Shown: positions 1-12,400 of the stretch, piece by piece
Numbering within the stretch: position 1 is the stretch's first letter
Layout of the letters: each line of letters starts with the position of its first letter
Notes under the pieces: model-generated
Seen by the model: only the letters and a program-made list of their open reading frames with translations
Told to the model about the DNA's origin: nothing
Database searches by the model: none
Program-made: the position numbers and the translations under genes
Assembly: GCF_964204645.1 (NCBI RefSeq)
Contig: NC_134033.1
Span: 9,060,655-9,124,654, forward strand
DNA length: 64,000 bases
DNA from: Tubulanus polymorphus
Taxonomy: Eukaryota > Animalia > Nemertea
Direction of reading: 5' to 3'

Positions 1-364
1 TCCTGGACCCAACATTAGCGTGGGTACCTTACAAAAAGTTCCATATTGCAGAAAAAAGATCTATTTTCATGAAAATCCAACCCCTTAAAGACATGGATCT
101 TGTTCACCGCACTAAGAGGCTTACCTCTTGAGAAATAATATACAGGGTGTCTCCGAAAATGTGTTAGTACGAAAAAGCTAGGTAAAAGCTCAATGACTGA
201 TTATTCATCATCTATAATTTTAATTTATCTTTTTGGGGATGTTTGCTCGAGGATGAAATGTTGAAATGCAATCATAAGTTCAGGGATGAGAACGCCGACC
301 TGTAAAGTCCGCGGGTTTTTTTTCTAGAGTTACACACGCGAACAAGTTGATGGCATAGCCGTCA

Positions 365-1350
365 GCACTAGCGAGCGCCGTAGGCGCGAAGCTATTTCGG
401 GAGGTTTGGCGGCCCTCCCCCAAGAAAATTTTAGAAATTAAATGCGTTTTCCGAGCACTTAGAGCGATCTTGAACCCATGAACGACTGTTATATTTTGGA
501 AGGTAATGGCTAGTTCCAATGTGGTACATCCTCATTCGATGACATTCAACATCTCATGCAATATGGGTCGAGCCCTGAATTATTGCAGTAAATATGCGCC
601 GATGAATGCTCACTAAAAATCATCACCCAGTAGTGTATAATATCCGAAGACGTTCGCCACACACGCGCGGCAACAGTAAGTAGGCCTATATACATTACTA
701 CTGTTGCCGCACGCGCGGTTCGGCAACCGATCGATAAAATACATACACACTCATCAAGATCGTAGTACAAATGTAGATACAAAATCACCGTGTTGCAATG
801 AATATGCATTGAAATACGATACTTTTACGTGACGATGAGTAAAACAGGCACTGAATGCTTTTACGGTTCACCTGATTACCGATCGCGCCGGACCAATTGA
901 GTGAGATCATCCCCCCGCCATACTTTTACATCATTTTTGGACTATTTGGAAAATTGATATTTTTCAATACCGAAATCCGCGGGGAATTCTCAATTTGTTT
1001 TTCCGAGCACTTAGAGCGATCTTGAACACATGAACGACTATTATATTTTGGAAGGTCTTGACGAGTGTGTATGTATTTTATCGATCGGTTGCCGACACGC
1101 GCGTGCGGCAACAGTAGTAATGTATATAGGCCTACTTACTGTTGCCGACCCGTAATGCACGAGATGCTGAATGTCATCGAATGAGGATGTACCACATTGG
1201 AACTAGCCATTACCTTGCAAAATATAATAGTCGTTCATGGGTTCAAGATTGCTTTAAGTGCCCGGAAAACGCATTTAATTTCTAAAATTTTCTGGGGGAG
1301 GGCCCCCAAACCCCCCGAAATAGCTTCGCGCCTTCAGCGCTCGCTAGTGC
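365..1350. mobile_element. Foldback non-autonomous DNA transposon remnant
   Basis: 365-547 is the reverse complement of 1168-1350; 670-752 is the reverse complement of ~1063-1147; 445-505 is directly duplicated at ~998-1055. Confidence 0.65.
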
Positions 1351-2065
1351 AAAAAACCCGTTGCTTATTGGCAACGACAATCAGATTCGGTCATAGAAAT
1401 AGAACTTGTAACATCCATGTTTTCTGTTTACAATGGGTCTGCAATCAATATGTCGCAGTTGTAAGTAAATTCATGTCGAAAAGGTCCCCGATGAAATAAA
1501 TCGCACACCGCTCTGATGAGGTGACCGGGTCATAAGTCGACATGAGGTTAGCTTTACTCATTTTATTGACTGACACTCGCCATCCTGACAAACACTGATC
1601 TCAAAGACATTGACGAATTGAATGTCAATTGTCTGAGGGGCATGGGTAAGGACAGCAGACTGATAGCTGATTGATTTAGTACACTGGGTAGGGCACAATT
1701 GATTCGTACTATCATAATTATGATTAAGTGCGGCGACAAGTCCCATCACTATGTATACTGCATGCATGTCATTCATACACTAGGCAGTGACTGCTGATAC
1801 GGTTGACAGTTCATTGGTCCCAAAACTAGCAAAGTGCTCGATGGCATTCAGGTGGTTAACAGTAATGCTAATTTTGTACACACTTTATGTTCACTACTGA
1901 TCCGCTCTCAGAAGTGGAGGGATAATGTAGATTCACTTTAGAACCATAATAAGCTTAAAACAGTCATCAATTTCAGTCATGACGATGTAATTGGACCCTT
2001 ACTATACAGTAGGAAGTTCCTCCTAAGAACTAAGTCCAAATACACTAAGAAACTGCTTGTCTTAG

Positions 2066-3298
2066 AGGGCAAATGCCATCAAAATTGTATTTTCCGTGAT
2101 TTCTTAATCAGAATAAACTTAAGTACCGTATTTTCCGGCCAATAAGCCGAGGGCAGTTTTTTTAGCCTAAAATACATGGATTTCATAAAGCTTCGCCCAA
2201 TAAGCCGAGGCCCTTCATCAGAGATTTTAATTCACTGATTTGTCAATTAGTTTGTCTTAATTGACGATTTAAGAGGCTGACAGTAGCGCCCGCCGATGTG
2301 TGAGAGTGCTGTGTATACTATCATCGCCGAGTGACTGTGCTATATATAGACTCACTCAGCTGATTACTATACACACAGCCATACACGCAGTACGCGGCTC
2401 ACTGCTGATTTGCATATATACTAATGTATGAACTGACACGTGGTAGTACGATGAACTCGCGCGTTATATAAATGTATACCATTGCCGCTGTGCGGTGATG
2501 GAACAATCAAAGTAAAAATAAAATAGTTCAAAATAGATTATAATTGGTAGTAAATAATGACCTCAAATAAATATCGACCACTTTTCTTGATTTTGACGAT
2601 CATTGAGAGCATTAGAGTGGCATAGATCGGGAAGTGATTTTTTATGTCAGATCGTATCCGCCCAATAAGCCGATCACGATATTTTGGGTAAAAATCTGAG
2701 GCTAGAAAATCGGCTTATTGGCCGGAAAATACGGTATACATATAACGACCTGAGATGTGAGCATGAATTAGCCATAATAGTTAGCGGTATAGTTATCTAT
2801 TTATCCTTCACTCCGTGCGCATAGTTCATATTCAACTCCCGGGTGGCGCTATTTATGATGTTAACTATGACAATCAATACAAGCACGTGTGCGGGCCAGT
2901 ACGCGAAGCCTATGTATAATCGATAAAATGAGCACCATTTGTTCACCGTATTCACTGCCTTACAGCGCTACTCACTTATATATGATTATCATGTCATATA
3001 CAACGATAGCAACACTATACAATGGTAATAGTTTTTTAATTCAAATCACTCCCAAAACGATAAAATATCGCATGAAATGTCTAGTCAAATGACTGGAAGC
3101 CGCGAGCGTATGTCAGAAACACGCACCTGCTAAGATAAACAATAACAGTGAGCCCGCGCTGAAATTGCAGATTTAACAGTCATACTTCTCAGTAATGGCT
3201 GAACTAAAATTCAAACCAATTCCATTTTTGATATTTGTGAATACATCACATTTGAAAATGAATTTTACACAATATTCCATTTTGATGGCATATGCTCT
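2066..3298. mobile_element. Kolobok-like non-autonomous element
   Basis: Termini agggcaaatgccatcaaaat / attttgatggcatatgctct, flanked by ttag (decayed TTAA) and ttaa. Confidence 0.6.
2126..2734. mobile_element. Tc1/mariner-pogo type MITE nested in the Kolobok-like element
   Basis: TIR ccgtattttccggccaataagccga / tcggcttattggccggaaaatacgg; TA TSD. Confidence 0.85.
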
Positions 3299-3345
3299 TT
3301 AATGTGACATGAATCGCAAAATGTTTAGTTATTTGAAAAGGATAC

Positions 3346-3426
3346 TACTATATTCCAAGGCCCTAGCCTTACCCAAGTTGGTATGAACCCTTTATACAGT
3401 GACATAAAACCTTCACGTTTAATCAT
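3346..3426 (-). CDS. SLC25A30: SLC25A30/14-like exon, 81 nt, followed by a U12-type donor
   Basis: tacag|[27 protein letters not shown]|gtatcctttt. Confidence 0.92.
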
Positions 3427-6400
3427 CTGTAATTATGAATACATATGTGTCCTCAACATTCAAATAAGAAATCAAACATGAACAATGTTTTGAATCACAA
3501 TTGAAATTATAGCAGGTAGGGCAGGGATGTACCCATATTACGAACCTGTGCAAAACAGTTTATAGTTCCTGTATAATAAACATTACCAGCTGCTGTACCA
3601 GTAGCTGTCTGCTGCGGTGCCATGGTTACTCTCTGTTGATTCATCATACGACTCTAAATATTTGGAAACACATTCAAATCTGACAGTATGATCTTTGGTA
3701 TGAAATCTATCAAGTAACTAGAGGTCAAGGGTCACCATGCCCACATGGTGAAATTCTTGACAATCTGAAAAGTTCAATATTCAAAGCTCCCTGGCAAATA
3801 CAGAATCAATCATAGAAAAATGTAAAAAGTAAAAGAATATGCATAGGTACCAATATAAAGACAAATTGTTTATAGCCAATTTCGCTTTATTTGGATTTAA
3901 TGGACTGGCAATTTCTGGCTGACTGATCTGAAATTCTAAAATTAAAATTTGAATGTCTTCAACCAGGACCAGTTCCTAGCATACTTTTTGCCCTTGACAA
4001 TAGTTGAGGGGTCCAAAAAGGAGCCCCTATTTATAACATTGCAATTCATTGTTCATAAAAAACCCTGTGCTTGAATTAAAACAATGACTAATTTAATGGA
4101 TCATGTATGCCTTGTTGAATGAATTGGAGATACTAAATATAGATTTTCAGCACAGCACTATCATATATATACACATATGCACATGTATTAAAATAAATTT
4201 TTTGAACTCACACAGGCAGTGGATCAAGACAGAAAATGCTGGCATTTCGCAACGATGTTGTTAAAAATTATTTCAGCGATCGAAGTACTGGTTTTATAAG
4301 ATGCTTTTACAGTCTCTATACCAGTGAGTGTGCCACAATCTTAACTCTGAACTATAACCAAATACTATCAAATGATTACCCTCACCCCCTAGTTTTCTCA
4401 AGGGAGCTACATCAATCTCAAGAATGGCAAGAGGCCCATTGGTCTTGAAGCATTGGTAGATTATACTGTGGTGAGGTATTAAGCAGTTGCCGGCAAATGT
4501 TCAATGAGGATGTTGGTTGGCTTAATGTACGATTTTACGGTTGTCAGGCATTGGTCAAAATCAAGACTTATCATCACCTTTGAAAAGTGAGAATCAATAC
4601 TTTTTTAATCAAATGCGCAAACCATCAACAACTGTCACGCTAAAACTTAGTCTATACAGGCCTGTACCCAGGGGAACGCACCCCCTCACTAAAAAATTTT
4701 GAGTTTCACTATTTTTTGTCAAAGAAAATTTCTTGCTCACATACATATAACTATGATATAGATAAAGACACTGTTATCAAATAATGTGCAAGTCTCCATA
4801 AACGATGAGACACCAGTGTATGTTGTTGGATTATTAGACCTAATGAAAACTTAATAATATTTGCGCAATGTTTCAGCTAAAGACTTTTAGCCATCATCGG
4901 GCGTACTTAGCCATTATCAGTACGCCTGATGATGGCTAATAGTCTTTAGTCGAAACGTTGCGCAAATATATATACTGTACTCTTCTATTCAGGTTTCCCA
5001 CTGTAACCGTTTATGTCAAGCATACGAAAACATTGCCAGGGCGGATACAGGCGGCTTGAGTGCTAATGGGTTAATAGAACAATTTTGTCACTTTTGCCTC
5101 CAAGATTCGTATGAACGACGTACAACTGTCATCTCCACCTACTGTGGTATTTCTTGCATGAATTCATACTATTAGGCCCTATTGCTGATTAATGAAAACA
5201 AAAACAGAACGATTTTTCTGAATGCAAAATCCTTACAGATGTATCAAAGGTAGATCAAACGATCATTAACAAACCTACGCATCAAAAAATTGCAAAATGC
5301 CGACAGGGCGGCAAATAACCATCGCCATATTGCACATAGGGCCAATTTACGACCAACATATTGTGGTGATCAACCTATGGAAAAGTTTTTGTATAGTATT
5401 CTTTCCCACAGTATTTAAAAAGCAAATCTATCTGTCGAGTGCATATGGAGCCGCTACCGCCTATCGAGCGGGCAGGAGGCTTAAACGGCATTTTAAATTG
5501 AAAATTTATCTTAGAATATAGCCGAACCGATGAAATTTTGCTTACCAATCAATCCTAGCTTTCAACGGTCACTACCCATAGTGCGATGAGAAAAAGGGCT
5601 AATAATAATCTACTACTACAGCCTCTGAGTGACATGGATTTTAATCATAAATCTATTTAAACAGTTCTTAACATTGATTTTCTTCCAATAAACTGTCATT
5701 GTCAGTCAACTGATTGATGATACAACATGGTTGTTCTCGGCGTACTTAACAATGATATTTTCCTCTAATAAAGAACTCTGAATAAAATTATCTCCGTGAT
5801 ATTGAATCATGGCTGGTTGGTACTGTTTACCAGTTGACGTTTAGTGTCATCATGAAATGGTTCTAACTTTATCAAGGCGTTCTTGTATGTTCACATTACT
5901 TATCTAGATGCAGGTTTCAGTCATGAGTAGGGCTACCGTTCCACTGCTATACCAATATGTATTCTGTCGGTGAGAATTAATCCCAAATAATCTCATTGCT
6001 TCTGATAAGAGGCATAACAGTCATATTTAAACATATTGATATTCATATAGCGGGGTACATAATGTTTTTTTCGACTACGACTTATGATCAATTTTACTAG
6101 CATTGGCATGATGTCATAGACATCAACCAATGCTGATAAACATTGAAGTCTAACTCCATCTTTTCAACCCTGAATAGTTTCAATATGAAAATGAACCAAA
6201 TGTGATTGGGACTTTGACATATGTAAATGTGTCGTATGACAGTGCTTAAAATTATCAAATTTGACGAAAAGTTAAAACCTGCTGATATTTTTCTCAATAA
6301 CAGTTGATACTAAGATGGCCACAGATAAATACTGACAGAATAAAAAAGCTGTTCAATATGTTAAACATGTATACCTAAAATATACCGATCAAATTTCAAT

Positions 6401-9400
6401 TAAGAAGCTACATGCTTCAGATTTCAGGCTCACAACAATTGACGCCAGTGCTCATCTTGATTCTGGTAGGGCCCCTTTTAGAGCTGCAGGTGATCTAGGG
6501 TAGATTTATGTAAGAAATAAATATTGTAGCATTTTCAAAATTTCCCAAAATAACAGGATTCCACCCAATGACAGACGTACAGATGACAGATTAAAAGTGA
6601 TGTCAATCTTTCAATGAAAATTCGAACTAAGAAATTTAGATATTAAAACACTACTGCAGTTTAGATGCAGTCAATTAGAAGTCTTGAAAAGAAAAGTGTT
6701 TTGAGATAAATGATAATTACCTTGACAACATCAATAGGATTTGACATAATAGCACCAGCCAAACCAGCAATAAAACTAGCTCTGAAAAATAATTCACCCA
6801 TCAGTCAACACCACGTATGTAGCCTGTATAGGATGGATTTCTTTGAATTGTATTTCTTGTTGCGATTATGGTTACTTAAACCAGGCAGTGGGAAACTTGC
6901 TGAAAGGCTTAAAGAGCACATCTACTGACAAAATTATTGCGTAAGTAGCGCTCAAATATGGTACAGCTTAAAATTAACTTGACAAAAATTGGGCATCGTT
7001 TGCGTGTTGAGCACCTCTCGTTCTCATATATCATTCTAATTGAAATGCTTCGTACCAACAATTTGAACACGTTTTATGCCGATGCAACGATGTACATTTA
7101 ATTTCCTTTCAAAACGCCTATCATTTCCCATTTTAAACGTAAACCAAAAGGGAAAATCAACGTTAACGGTGTTAATGTGCTATGCTGTACTGTAGTTATT
7201 GATTTCAGCGATAGATAATGTTACATAAATACATAATAATCATTCTTAAGAAATTTTAGCTGTAATGAGTGATGGATTACTGAAATATAGACAACTGAAA
7301 AGTTTAAATTTGAAGGAATTTTTACTTCGCGTAGTTCATCTGATACCCGTGTAGATGGTGCTGATGATGATGCAATATGGTCTATACGCTGTATTCCCAT
7401 CAGTGTGAACTCCTAGCTACATATAAATATTCATGCTACCTAAAGTTTTAGTTATCCTTGTTTATCTATATGACCTGCTTTTTGCGTATAGTCCATCAGT
7501 ATGCAATATTATGTCTCTTAGAGGCATATTTCTTTAAGTTTATTTTACAAAAACAAGACAATTAACAGAATGAGAGACCACTCAAAATATATCATATCTC
7601 ACTGGTAAACTCAACTGACACTGTTAAAAGCTCATTTTCACACTTAGCTGTTGGATATCTCGTAATCAATAAAGGTAAAAATTTATATCATACCATGATT
7701 ATATTTAAATGATCCCCAATATGATGAAATTAGTGATAATGGTGGGCATCAAGAAAATTATTCAAAGTAAAACAAAATCTGTTGTGTTGATGGGCAAACC
7801 TCATTCAGCAATATGATTCGTCTAGGAAAATTTCCCACGACGTGATTGGCTGATGAAAATTTTCATATATAAAAATATCCAACCAATCCAATTAACAGGA
7901 ATAGAGAAGCCTTTAAACGAGAAACAGACAGTTGAGATGATATTTCTAAAAGATGTACATACGTGAAATGACAGATTTCATTATCAATCATACATAAATC
8001 GTTAATCAGATGACGTTTCGTGACATCGTATGCAGGTAATTCAACCCCAACTACAATAGCAGCTCGCTGAGAGGTAGGTCCTACTCCCTAGAAACACTCA
8101 AACAAGTACATACATTAAAATAGGGTTTAGTGGCTTAAATCAGTCTCATAAGATGAATAGCATTTAATTCTAATTATATGTAGTTAACTTTGAAGTTACT
8201 TTCAACTACTGGTAGTTTATTCTCACTCAATAGTTTATTTCTACGTCGTTTCGAATCCCAGTTAAGAGATCCAATGAGATATGCACTGCGCCTGCGCCAA
8301 TCAGTTGCATGCCGCTTTTAGCGCAGTACACATCGGTATAATATTTTACGTCTAATAATCGTAAGTTTTTGCAGACTGTCTTTGTTTCATGATGAATAAT
8401 CATGGTAAAGATGTAGCAGATCCTCCGAAGGAGGTTTCTCTCGTATCAAGAGCTTCTCTGTTGGAGAATCTTTGTGAAACAGAGCAGCCGCCGCAGGCGG
8501 TTGTAACACAGACTAGTGTGTCTAGTGGAACGATCGATAGTGCAGGTGCGAAAGCCCGCGACTCGAAGTTGATGGCTAAAAGATTGAATAAAAAGACAAG
8601 AAGCAGTAGTGCTAGTACTGCAAGTACTAGTAAGACTTCTGATAAACATGACACTAAGGGCAAGGCTAAAGGCAAAAGGCCCTACAGTAAAAATATCACT
8701 GACGTAAATAACAACTCGGCGTTGTCAAGTTCAAAATCAAAAAATAAAAACAAAAAATCTACCAATGCCTACAACATCGGCAGAGGATAGAAGTACCAAC
8801 GAAATTTTGATGAAAATTCTCAAGGATCAAAAATCTAAGAAAAGGTGGACTTAATGTGGAATGGGGGTGAAATAGAGCCGGCTCAGCAGTACACTGATCA
8901 GCGTGAATGTGATCAATTTCAATGTCATGACATGTCCAATGAAGAATATGAGGACGAAAAAGATTGTGTTCCCCCACCTTTTAAAATACCAAGAATCGGT
9001 TCGGTTAGCGCAGCTGGAAGCTGCAATGAAATAGTTCACAGCTCCACTCTTTCTGGGGCTCATGAGGACGAAACCACAGTTGCGTCTCCACTAACATTCG
9101 TTTAATTCTATAATGTGGGATATTATTAATCCGAAAACATAACAGATGGATGTTGGTCTGCAGATAACACATGCTAGCCTTGCCAGGGCAGGTGTTAGTC
9201 TCACTAACCTAGTTAATAGAGTTGAAAAAGACGACAGGTACGGGAAAGAAGAAATTAAAGATGAGGTATCTAATGCGCTCATTCTTATGGGGCATGGATT
9301 TCACAATTTAGCGCTGAGGAGAAGAGAACTTATCCGTCCTGAGAGTATCTTCACCTTATACCAGTTGGTTGTTTGGTGATGACCTTGAAAAACAGGTCGA

Positions 9401-12400
9401 GGACATTCAGGACGTTAACCACGTTGGCACAAAGATTAAAATGGCACCCTCATACAGAATGAGGGGACATGGTATGATCACCATGCGAGGAATACCATTT
9501 AATAGAACAAGAGGACATGGCCGCAGCCAGTACCAGTATTTAAATGATCAGCAGACCCGTACCACGTGGAACGGGCAGTACAGGCATCTGAACAGAACCC
9601 AGTACCAAAACAAGATAAACAAAAAGAAGGAATAGAGGTGAGGAGCGGGACCTATTATTCTCATTTAATATCAAAATATCCCGTTCCAGAGGTGAGTACC
9701 GGGACCCATTATTCTCATTTCATATCAAAATATCCCGTTCCAGAAAAGAAAGAAGGGAGTTTGAGTAGATTTTATGCCAACTGGATCTCTTAACTGGTTC
9801 ACCTCCACTCCGCAGAATTCAAGTCAAACTTCACCTTCCAGGTAAGGCTCGTTTTAACTTTCAAATCAAACTCAAAGTATGTGAGCACATTGTGGGTCTG
9901 ATACATCTAGATCCAAACATAGAAGAGTGGGTTTAATTTGACGATTACGTACTTACTGTCCATAAACCACGGATGCCTTCGTTCTCATAAACCATTTTGA
10001 AGGCTTTGAACATTTTGACATTTCTAAACTTCTCATTTTTTGCTTGCATGCGTACCTTAAAAGAAAGAAACAAGAGGCCATGGACCTTGAAGCATTGGTA
10101 AATTATACTGTGGTAAGGTATTAAGTGGTTAATGCTACCTCTGCCGGATAATGTTCTATGACAATGTTGATTGGGAGGACCAGAGACTTAAGAATTGAAT
10201 GAATTTCATTTTTCTGTCGAACGATTTAGCCTACCCTATTTGTATTGTTAAACCTCATTAATGCGATTCTGTTAAAGACAATACTAGTTTATTCTGATGT
10301 TTTCCATCATGTCCCAGCCAAGAGATTTGTATCAATCAGGATTTGTATACAAAAACCCATTCGGCACTTTCGCCTTCACAGGATTCGTATTCAACATACA
10401 ACTGTAAGGGTGGACTGACTGACTGTGGTTTTTCTTGCATGAACTGTTAAGCTCTATTGCTGAATAATGAAAACAAAAACAGAATGATTTTTTTGAATGC
10501 AAAATACTCTGTTGCATAATAGGTAGATCCCGGACAAACATACGCATCAAAACGTTGCACAGAGAGAGATGCCGGCATTGGTGTTACGGATGCAGGCTGA
10601 TGATGACTTGCTTGTCTTTTTGTTTGTTTACGTCGTAGGACCTTGGTTTTTAACCATATTAGATTGTTCAATCAACCGCACTACTTTGCCCGCACACTGT
10701 AAGCAGACAGCAGGACTCGAACCCACTTGTCACTCAGCACTGATAGTGGATGCAACAGCATCACGCCTTATGTCACATAGCTTCCAAGGCCACTCGATTC
10801 AATTCCAAAAAACTACAGTAGCGGCAAGTTACCATCATGTTATTAAACTTTACGACAAACAACGTATAAATTTAATCACTGTTGTGGTGTTCAACGCATG
10901 AAAAAGATAAAAATTACAATTTTTGGAACTAAAATTTGTATTTCCGAGTAGTACTTACCCTTTCCTATGGTTTTTGCCAATATTTTCTAAATTTGGATTG
11001 ATCGCCAATGGTTTTTCTATACGACCCAGCCCTGCGGTATTGCATTTAGCCATCGGCGAAATCCGCCATCTTTTTACGTCATAGCAGACCCAAAAAATGC
11101 AGCTATGCGGGGCAGGTGGGCGGGATTCCCACCATAGGAAAGGGTAAGTACTACTCGGAAATACAAATTTTAGTTCAAAAAATTGTAATATTTCCGTCGA
11201 GTACTGTACCCTTTCCTATGGTTTTTGCTAGACTAGCCTAGCACAAGGATGGTGGGAAGGGAAGATAGAAAAACTACCGCTCAAACGCAAGGTAAGAGGG
11301 AAAAAAGAGAGCACTTACCCAAGCACGGAATGGAGCACTGTAGCACAGGTAAGACCGGTTGGCCACAGTGAGTCCGTCCAGCTCAGGGCCCCCCCGAATT
11401 TTGCGAAATTAATACTTGCGGATACGAGCCCAAACTATGAACATGGATACAACCCCTGTGATCCTGATAATGCAACATAAATATTCTACGCCAAAGGGTC
11501 CGATCGGAAAGAACGGACACCTTGAGCCATAACAACAGGACCGAGTGAAGCTAATGAGCCTAACTGGCCTGAAACATCCCGTAAATAAAATGACGTGAAT
11601 GTCGATGGAGAATTCCAAAAGGCGGCCCCACAGACTTCCTCCAACGGAGCACCTGAAAAGGCTGCGCAGGAAGTAGCCATAGACCTCACTTGATGAGAAA
11701 CCACTCCCTCCGAGGAAAGATTCTCCTTCAATAAAATGTCCTTGATCAGTGAAGAGAACCATTGGGCCACTGTGTCCCGAGAAATATCACCCTTCAGGTG
11801 ATCCAGCAGCGGAAGAAATAACCGCTCCCGCGAACCCCTCCGTGGAGCAGAGCGATCTAAATAGAAACACAACGCCTGCACAGGACATGATGTCCTGTCC
11901 GGAAGACCCGGTTCCACTCGATGTTTTAGGGCTTCAATTCGCCATTGACGCCCAACCGAGCCTGGTCGTTCGTTCTTTGCCAAAAACTCCAAAGCAGGCC
12001 GCAGCAAAACAAATTCCTTCGCTGGCCCGATGACAATATGACCTTGTCGGACTGAAAGCGCATGAATCTCAGAGCGACGGGCCAAGCAGGCCAAGCACAG
12101 CAAAAATACAGTCTTTTTTGACAAATTCGCAAATGACGCTGCCGAAAGAGGATCAAATGGAGCCTCCATTAACTTCTTCAAAATTACAGACAGATCCCAT
12201 GCTAGAACTATCCTTGGTACCCGAGTCCGGGAAATAGAAAACCCTGCAACAAGCTGGGATATCCGATGATCCCCTGTTACATTTGGCCATCCAGAAGCAC
12301 GCAATGTATGAGAAATCGCGGGGCGGTAACCTTTAATAGTTATAACCTGCAAACCTTTTACTACAAATAGGTGCAGTAAAAAATTTGAAATTCTGAAAAG

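Noticed and set aside
280-1499. Duplicated small genes (two MELAIT... ORFs)
   Set aside because: They are the two arms of an inverted repeat, begin at non-ATG codons and show no protein features.
1470-1548. Possible hammerhead (ctgatgag-gtgacc..ggtcat)
   Set aside because: The GAAA core is missing and stems I/III cannot be formed convincingly.
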